Part shown: one piece after another, positions 57,989-64,000 of the stretch
Layout: each line of letters opens with the position of its first letter
Numbering within the stretch: the first letter of the stretch is position 1
NCBI GenBank assembly: GCA_965247115.1
Contig: CBDFGR010000002.1
Coordinates: forward strand, 672,001-736,000
Source: Myxococcota bacterium
Lineage (GTDB): Bacteria; Myxococcota_A; UBA9160; SZUA-336
DNA length: 64,000 nt
Direction of reading: 5' to 3'
Notes under the pieces: generated by a model
Databases searched by the model: none
Told to the model about the DNA's origin: nothing
What the model saw: only the letters and a program-made list of their open reading frames with translations
Program-made: the position numbers and the translations under genes

Positions 57989-60360
57989 GCGCTCGGAGTA
58001 TCGCGAAATACTCGCTGCAGCACCTCTTCGATTTGCTCGATGGGCTCGACGACAAGGTCTCCGAGCTGGCGATCGGCGATCTCGACAAGGTCCTTCTGGT
58101 TCGCCGCTGGGATCAGGACCCGCTCCACGCCGGCGCGCTTCGCGGCCAGGATCTTCTCCTTGATGCCCCCCACCGGCAGCACCTTCCCCCGCAGCGTGAT
58201 CTCGCCCGTCATCGCCAGGTCCGGCGGAACGGATTCGTCCTTGAGCAGGCTCGTGAGCGCGGTCACGATGGCAATGCCCGCACTCGGACCATCCTTGGGG
58301 GTCGAGCCGGCGGGGATGTGGATGTGAAAGTCGCTGGTCTGGAAGATTCCTGGATCGATCCCTAGCTCCGACGCGCGCGTGCGCACGAGTGAGACGGCCG
58401 TGTGCGCAGACTCTCGCATCACGTCACGGACGGAGCCCGTGATCTTGAGCTCGCCCTTTCCTCGCATCCGAGTGGCCTCGATGAAGAGGATCTCGCCGCC
58501 CGCGCCGGTCACTGCGAGGCCGACGGCCACGCCGGGGTTGTGGAGGCGGCCAGCCACCTCTGGCTCGAACTTGATCACTCCGAGCAGCTCGTGCAGGTCC
58601 TCCGTCCCGACCTCATCCACGCGGCCCGACTTCTCGACGAATCGCCGTGCCAGCTTGCGCGCGACCTTGCCGAGCTCGCGCTCCAGATTCCGTAGTCCCG
58701 CCTCGTGCGTGTAGCCCTGAATGATCGTGCGAATCACCTCGTCGCCAATCTCGGGCTTGTGGTCCTGCAGGCCATGTCGCTCGAGCTGGCGGGGCCAGAG
58801 GTAGCGCTTGGCGATCTCGAGCTTGTCCTCGTCGGTGTAGCCCGGAAGCTCGATGATCTCCATGCGATCGAGAAGCGTGAGCGGAATCGTGTCGAACACG
58901 TTAGCCGTCGCGATGAAGAGAACCTTCGAGAGATCGAACGGAACCTCCAGGTAGTTGTCGCTGAAGGTGTGATTCTGCTCGGGATCGAGGACCTCGAGGA
59001 GCGCGGACGCCGGGTCACCGCGAAAATCGCTGCCGAGCTTGTCGATCTCGTCGAGCATGAAGACAGGGTTCCGCGTCTTCACCCGCTTTAGACTCTGCAG
59101 GATGCGCCCCGGCAAGGAGCCGACATATGTGCGGCGGTGCCCGCGGATCTCGGCCTCGTCTCGCACACCCCCGAGCGCGATGCGCGCAAAGTTCCGATTC
59201 ATCGCGCGAGCGATCGAGCGCCCGAGCGAAGTCTTCCCGGTTCCCGGCGGGCCGACGAAACACAGGATCGGACCCTTCAGATCCTTCTTGAGCTTCAGGA
59301 CCGCGATGAACTCGAGGATCCGCTCCTTGATCTTCTCCAGGCCGTAGTGGTCCTCGTCCAGGATCTCGCGGGCGGAGGCCACGTCGAGCGCGTCCTCGGT
59401 TTCGGCGGACCACGGCAGGTCGGCGATCCACTCGAGATAGGTGCGGATCGTTCCGGCCTCCATCGCGCCAGGGGGCTGTGATATCAGCCGGCCGAGCTCT
59501 CGCTCGCTATGCTCGCGGACCTCGTCGGGCACGCCCGCCCTCTCGATTCGCTCGCGCAGCTCCTCCACCTGCTGGGCAGGGCTGTCGTGGTCGCCCAGCT
59601 GACGCCGGATCGCTCGCGCCTGCTCCCGCAGGATGTACTCGCGCTGGTTCCGTGAGAGCTCCTCTTGGACCTGTTCGCGGATCTCCTCCTCCAGGTGGCG
59701 CACCTCCTGCTCCCGGGCCAGGTGTTCGGAGAGCCGCTCGAGGCGTGCCCGCACCTGCGTGGTCTCGAGCAGCTCCTGCTGCTCTTCGACCGAGAGGTCG
59801 AGATGGGCCGCAACCACGTCGGCCAGCATGCCGGAATCCTGGATTTGGACGATCAGTGCGCGGACCGCGTCGGGTACGCCGCCCGACGCCCCCGAGATTT
59901 CGAGAAACTGCTGGCTCACGTTCCGGTGCAGAGCCTCAGCCTCCAGGCCCTTCGCGGTGTGCTCGTCGAGCGTCTCGATGTGAGCTAGCAGGTAGGGTGT
60001 CGTCGACTCGTACGCGCCGATCGCACAGCGGCGCAGGCCCTGCACAAAGAGACGCAGGGCGTCCTCCCCGGTCTTCACCACGCGGAGGATCCGGACCGCT
60101 GCGCCCACCTCGTACAGGTCCTCGGGTCCCGGCTCCTCCACATCGGGGTCGCGAGACGCGACGGTGACGAGCAGGCGATCCCCCTTGAGTGCGCTGTCGA
60201 CGAGCGCGCGCGCTCGGGCAGTGGTCGCGACCATCGGCTTGACCACTCCTGGGAACAGCACCGTGTTGCGCAGGGGCAACACCGGGAGAATCTCGGGGAT
60301 GGCTTCGCCTTCCTCCGAGGTTTCCAGCTTGCCGTCGAGCTCGTCAGCGTCAGTCGTCAT
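57985..60360 (-). CDS. lon: Endopeptidase La (Lon protease)
   Basis: LPLRNTVLFP, GPPGTGKTS, LDEIDK, KDGPSAG (catalytic Ser), GGIKEK (catalytic Lys). Confidence 0.97.
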   Translation of the reverse strand: MTTDADELDGKLETSEEGEAIPEILPVLPLRNTVLFPGVVKPMVATTARARALVDSALKGDRLLVTVASRDPDVEEPGPEDLYEVGAAVRILRVVKTGEDALRLFVQGLRRCAIGAYESTTPYLLAHIETLDEHTAKGLEAEALHRNVSQQFLEISGASGGVPDAVRALIVQIQDSGMLADVVAAHLDLSVEEQQELLETTQVRARLERLSEHLAREQEVRHLEEEIREQVQEELSRNQREYILREQARAIRRQLGDHDSPAQQVEELRERIERAGVPDEVREHSERELGRLISQPPGAMEAGTIRTYLEWIADLPWSAETEDALDVASAREILDEDHYGLEKIKERILEFIAVLKLKKDLKGPILCFVGPPGTGKTSLGRSIARAMNRNFARIALGGVRDEAEIRGHRRTYVGSLPGRILQSLKRVKTRNPVFMLDEIDKLGSDFRGDPASALLEVLDPEQNHTFSDNYLEVPFDLSKVLFIATANVFDTIPLTLLDRMEIIELPGYTDEDKLEIAKRYLWPRQLERHGLQDHKPEIGDEVIRTIIQGYTHEAGLRNLERELGKVARKLARRFVEKSGRVDEVGTEDLHELLGVIKFEPEVAGRLHNPGVAVGLAVTGAGGEILFIEATRMRGKGELKITGSVRDVMRESAHTAVSLVRTRASELGIDPGIFQTSDFHIHIPAGSTPKDGPSAGIAIVTALTSLLKDESVPPDLAMTGEITLRGKVLPVGGIKEKILAAKRAGVERVLIPAANQKDLVEIADRQLGDLVVEPIEQIEEVLQRVFRDTPSA

Positions 60361-60370
60361 TGGTGCTGAA

Positions 60371-60413
60371 CGCGGAGGGCTGCGCTCGGTACCGTGGAGA
60401 CAGCCCTCCCGCG
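60371..60413 (-). terminator. Stem-loop filling the dnaK-lon intergenic space
   Basis: GGAGGGCTG 60374-60382 pairs with CAGCCCTCC 60401-60409; inner palindrome CGGTACCG. Confidence 0.55.
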
Positions 60414-60414
60414 G

Positions 60415-62319
60415 TTACTTCTCCTCCGTGAATTCCGCGTCGACCACGTCGGGTCCGTCGCCGGAAGACTCCGTTCCCGCCTCGGAGGCCTCTCCACCGG
60501 CGTCTGCCTGCTCCGCCTCGCGCTTATAGAGCTCCGCGCTGATCTTGTGAACGGCCGACTGGAGCTGCTCCGCTTGAGTGCTGAGCTCCTCTCCTGTGGC
60601 GTCCTCCTTCTCGAGCACGATCTTCGACGCACTCATGGCGTCCTCAAGGGTCTTCAGGTCGCCGACCGGGATCTTCTCGCGGTGCTCGTTGAGCGTTTTT
60701 TCCGCCTCGTACACCAGGCTGTCGAGCGCGTTGTGCGCGTCGACACGTTCGCGACGCCCTTTGTCGTCGCTTGCGTGGGTCTCAGCGTCCGAGACCATGC
60801 GATCGATCTCTGACTTCTCGAGGCCGGTCGAGCCCTCGATCCGGATCGACTGCTCCTTGTCCGACGCCTTGTCCTTCGCGGATACGGAGACGATACCGTT
60901 CGCGTCGATGTCGAAGGTGACGTCCACCTGCGGAACGCCACGCGGCGCAGGCGGCAACCCGTCGAGGATGAACTTGCCCAGCGAGCGGTTATCCAGCGAC
61001 ATCTCCCGCTCGCCCTGGAGCACGTGGATCTCGACCTGCGGCTGGTTGTCGGCGGCCGTCGAGAAGGTCTGGCTGCGCTTGGTCGGAATCGTGGTGTTCC
61101 GCTCGATCAGCTTGGTCATGACGCCACCCAGGGTCTCGATACCAAGCGAGAGGGGCGTCACGTCGAGGAGCAGTACGTCGCTGACGTCTCCGGTCAGCAC
61201 TCCCGCCTGGACGGCGGCGCCGACCGCGACGACCTCGTCGGGATTCACACCGCGGTGCGGGTCTCTCCCGAAGAAATCCTTTACGAGCTCCTGGACCTTG
61301 GGAATGCGCGTCGAGCCACCGACGAGCACGACCTCGTCGATCTCGCTCGGGGCGAGCCCCGAGTCCTTGCACGCGGCCCGGACCGGATCAAGTGTACGGC
61401 CCAGAAGATCATCGACCAGCTGCTCGAACTTCGAACGGCTGAGCTTCACGTTCATGTGCTTCGGTCCGGACTGGTCGGCCGTAATGTAGGGCAGATTGAT
61501 TTCGGTCTCGGTCAGAGTGGACAGCTCGATCTTCGCCTTCTCTGCGCCCTCCTTGAGTCGCTGCATGGCCATCGGGTCCTTGGAGAGATCGACGCCCTGG
61601 TCCTTCTTGAACTCGTCGACCAGGTAGCGAATCACCCGATCGTCGAAGTCGTCACCGCCCAGATGCGTGTCGCCGTTCGTCGAGAGCACCTCCACGGTGT
61701 TGTCACCTACCTCGAGTACGGAGATATCGAATGTGCCTCCGCCCAGGTCGTAGACGGCGATCTTCTCCTCCGTCTTCTTCTCGAGCGAGTACGCGAGCGA
61801 CGCTGCCGTCGGCTCGTTGACGAGCCGCAGCACTTCGAGTCCGGCGATCGTGCCGGCGTCCTTGGTGGCCTGGCGCTGGGCATCGTTGAAGTAGGCCGGA
61901 ACCGTGATCACGGCCTGGGAGACACTCTCGCCAAGGTAGGCCTCTGCCGAGGTCTTGAGCTTCTGGAGCACCATCGCGGAGATCTCGGGCGGCGTGTACT
62001 TCTTGCCGAGGGCCTCGACGACGACCTGGTCGTCCTTGTCGCTCAGCACCTTGTAGGGCACGAGCTTTTTCTCGTCGCTCACCTCACCAAGGCGACGACC
62101 CATGAAGCGCTTGATCGAGAAGATGGTGTTCTCCGGATTCGTGATGGCCTGACGCCGGGCGATCTGCCCCACCAGCCGTTGGCCGTCCCTCGTAAACGCG
62201 ACCACGGACGGCGTCGTGCGCCCGCCCTCTTCGTTGGCAATGATCTTCGCCTCGCCACCCTCCATCACGGCGACCGCCGAGTTCGTCGTCCCCAGATCAA
62301 TTCCAATCACGCTTGCCAT
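60415..62319 (-). CDS. dnaK: Molecular chaperone DnaK (Hsp70)
   Basis: [34 protein letters not shown]-terminal DVVDAEF. Confidence 0.98.
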   Translation of the reverse strand: MASVIGIDLGTTNSAVAVMEGGEAKIIANEEGGRTTPSVVAFTRDGQRLVGQIARRQAITNPENTIFSIKRFMGRRLGEVSDEKKLVPYKVLSDKDDQVVVEALGKKYTPPEISAMVLQKLKTSAEAYLGESVSQAVITVPAYFNDAQRQATKDAGTIAGLEVLRLVNEPTAASLAYSLEKKTEEKIAVYDLGGGTFDISVLEVGDNTVEVLSTNGDTHLGGDDFDDRVIRYLVDEFKKDQGVDLSKDPMAMQRLKEGAEKAKIELSTLTETEINLPYITADQSGPKHMNVKLSRSKFEQLVDDLLGRTLDPVRAACKDSGLAPSEIDEVVLVGGSTRIPKVQELVKDFFGRDPHRGVNPDEVVAVGAAVQAGVLTGDVSDVLLLDVTPLSLGIETLGGVMTKLIERNTTIPTKRSQTFSTAADNQPQVEIHVLQGEREMSLDNRSLGKFILDGLPPAPRGVPQVDVTFDIDANGIVSVSAKDKASDKEQSIRIEGSTGLEKSEIDRMVSDAETHASDDKGRRERVDAHNALDSLVYEAEKTLNEHREKIPVGDLKTLEDAMSASKIVLEKEDATGEELSTQAEQLQSAVHKISAELYKREAEQADAGGEASEAGTESSGDGPDVVDAEFTEEK

Positions 62320-62339
62320 GACCACCCTACCCCCGACGT

Positions 62340-62368
62340 AAAAAAATCCTAGCTAAATCAAATACTTA
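62340..62368 (+). promoter_or_regulatory. IHF-consensus site with 5' A-tract in the dnaK leader
   Basis: AATCAA-ATAC-TTA (62356-62368) fits WATCAANNNNTTR exactly; A7 tract at 62340-62346. Confidence 0.55.
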
Positions 62369-62392
62369 CGGACAAGCCCGTGTTGACGTCCC

Positions 62393-62420
62393 AAATTAAG
62401 CCCGTCCCCAACCCTGTCAA
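62393..62420 (-). promoter_or_regulatory. Putative sigma70-type promoter for dnaK
   Basis: Minus strand TTGACA (62420-62415), 16 nt spacer, TAATTT (62398-62393). Confidence 0.5.
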
Positions 62421-62479
62421 GCCGGTGCCGGTCGGACCACCCCGCAAGCCTGTCAAGCCGGTCGGGCCACCCCGCAAGC
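62413..62479. repeat. Tandem duplication (~30-36 bp unit) upstream of dnaK
   Basis: CCTGTCAAGCCGGT(GCCGGT)CGG[A/G]CCACCCCGCAAG twice. Confidence 0.8.
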
Positions 62480-63025
62480 GCTGCGAAGCGGCGCGCGCAG
62501 CGAGCCGCAGGCGAGCGTAGGTGGGTGGCCGCGGCCGCCCGCGGCCGGGTCCCACAGTAGAGGCCCCAGTAGTGCCCGATCGAGATTAGGATAGGGGCGA
62601 ACCTGGAAGACGACGGTTCGCGCGTCCTGGAAGTAGCGAGAGCCCCACCAGCCGCGACCAAACACCTCGATTCGAATCCGGTTCTCGCCCTCGATCAGCC
62701 CCAGGATGGCGCCCTGCGCGCCGTTGCTGCCGAGCGTCAGCAAGTGGGTGACGTCGCGGTTGTTGAGCAGGCAGCGAAACGTATCGACGGCCACGCGTTC
62801 GTGACCGGAGAAGCCGACCTCGACCTCGACCCCGCCGAAGGAGATCTGCTGACCGGGTGTCGGCCGCAGCACGTGGACCAAGGGGCGTCCAAGGAACACC
62901 AGGCGTCGGGCGCGCTCGCTGAGCGTACCCTCGCCCATGGCCGCGAGCCCGATACCGCCAGCAACCAGCAGTGTCAGCAGACTCCCTATCGCGACCCCCC
63001 GGAACAGGGTTGTCCTGCTACGCAT
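62453..63025 (-). CDS. Hypothetical exported protein with Ig-like beta domain; true 3' end uncertain
   Basis: N-terminal hydrophobic helix; LNNRDVT...GLIEGENRIRIEV; last ~35 codons run into repeat DNA. Confidence 0.6.
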   Translation of the reverse strand: MRSRTTLFRGVAIGSLLTLLVAGGIGLAAMGEGTLSERARRLVFLGRPLVHVLRPTPGQQISFGGVEVEVGFSGHERVAVDTFRCLLNNRDVTHLLTLGSNGAQGAILGLIEGENRIRIEVFGRGWWGSRYFQDARTVVFQVRPYPNLDRALLGPLLWDPAAGGRGHPPTLACGSLRAPLRSACGVARPA

Positions 63026-63192
63026 GACGTCGACTCGCGCCGCGCGAATGAGCCTCTCGAAGGCGTTTGCAGCAGTTCCCCATCGGGCTAGAATTCATTG
63101 GAATTGTTGAGGATTCTCTCGGCGGGGACGAGCGCTCGCGATCCCCGCGGGGCGCATCGACAGCGGCGCGGCGCAGCGCCCTGGGAGTTAAT

Positions 63193-64000
63193 GTGCTCTT
63201 GAATTCCGGCCTTCGCATCGTCCAGGGAGTGCTCCTTCTTACCTGTGTATATCTTGTGTATGCCGGGCTGGCTCCGGCCATGAGCAACGCACCGCTCGAA
63301 CCCGCGCGCATCCCCACCGTGGAAGAGCCGCAAGCCGGTAGGCACCCCTGGAGCCACTATCGGATCATAGGCGAGCGCAACTTGTTCCGGAACGCAACTA
63401 CCGGGCCGATTGCTCCCGCGAGATCTGAGGCGATCGCGGAGAGCAAGCTGCGCATGAAGCTCCACGCGACGATCTCCGGGGACGGAAGCTCCCTCGCCAC
63501 CCTGGAAGACCTTTCCACGCACGAGCGGTTCTACGTGAAGCCTGGAGACGCGGTGGGGAATGCGACGGTCGAGTGGATCGAGCGCCGCAAAGTCGTGATT
63601 CGAAACCAGGGGAAGCGCGAGGCCATCACCATGGATGATGAGACCGCCGCCAGTGCGACGCCGCAGCGAGCCAGGACCCGGCGCGCCTCGTCTCGGAGCC
63701 GACCCGCTCGCAGCCGGGCACAGCGGGGTCGCGAACGGCTGTTGCAGCGCCTCGGGCGGCGCGCCCCGACGCAGGCCGTCGCGCCCGCGTCCGCTAGTCC
63801 GAGCCTGATCGAGCAGGCCACGTTCCGTCCGGCCTTCAACGAGGTCGGCGAGGTGGAGGGACTGCTCGTGGAGAACCTCCGTCCCGGTAGCGCTCTGGCC
63901 GCAACGGGCTTGGGCAACGGCGCGGTCTGCAGCTCCCTCAACGGCGTGAGCCTGACGGACATCGAGTCGTTGCAGCCAGCCTCGCTCTCGCCACAGGGCC
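63193..64000 (+). CDS. gspC: Type II secretion system protein C-like with PDZ domain (3'-truncated; absent from the ORF track)
   Basis: GGGAG RBS + GTG; TM helix, IGERNLF, KLHATISG..SLATLED, IERRKVVIRNQGKRE, PDZ-like GLLVENLRPGS...GL...LNGVSL; no stop before the window end. Confidence 0.8.
   Translation, partial: MLLNSGLRIVQGVLLLTCVYLVYAGLAPAMSNAPLEPARIPTVEEPQAGRHPWSHYRIIGERNLFRNATTGPIAPARSEAIAESKLRMKLHATISGDGSSLATLEDLSTHERFYVKPGDAVGNATVEWIERRKVVIRNQGKREAITMDDETAASATPQRARTRRASSRSRPARSRAQRGRERLLQRLGRRAPTQAVAPASASPSLIEQATFRPAFNEVGEVEGLLVENLRPGSALAATGLGNGAVCSSLNGVSLTDIESLQPASLSPQG

Noticed and set aside
62413..62479. Repeat as a CRISPR array
   Set aside because: Only two adjacent copies, no unique spacers and no cas genes
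1..64000. tRNA (including tRNA-Sec), rRNA, riboswitches, IS elements
   Set aside because: None recognised by eye; a covariance-model search (tRNAscan-SE, Infernal/Rfam) would be needed to exclude them

Overview
GC-rich bacterial chromosomal window, probably from a long-read metagenome assembly, because five otherwise intact genes are each broken by a single-base indel, four of them in C/G runs. Taxonomy cannot be fixed from the sequence. Layout: (1) 1-25 kb is an accessory catabolic mosaic: MBL hydrolase, adenylate cyclase-TPR protein, two luciferase-like monooxygenases, a PQQ/heme c dehydrogenase, two TauD dioxygenases, MFS/AI-2E/NhaP transporters, a TolC plus YtcA-HlyD-FUSC efflux set, and several gene remnants. 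It hides a selenoprotein gene that the ORF track splits in two (8199-8837: in-frame TGA in a U-G-S-C motif, then a SECIS-like hairpin) next to its 'DGLPxVPPT' partner gene. (2) 25-46 kb is a ~21 kb methylated-amine island with two non-identical N-methylglutamate (NMG)-type gene sets. One is canonical (mgdABCD-mgsABC / gmaS-XRE). The other is divergent (FAD oxidoreductase with a probable CTG start, GmaS-like ligase, mgsABC-like genes, 129-aa unknown) and faces a GntR-Amt-microprotein-PhyH-GltS operon. (3) 46-53 kb holds mixed genes, including a probable MotA/ZorA-like membrane domain fused to PilZ. (4) 53-64 kb is core-like: dnaK-lon-OmpA/MotB-glycerate kinase-pentaheme cytochrome-monoheme protein-flavin reductase, then the start of a gspC-like gene. 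No rRNA, tRNA, CRISPR array, integrase or transposase was recognised.
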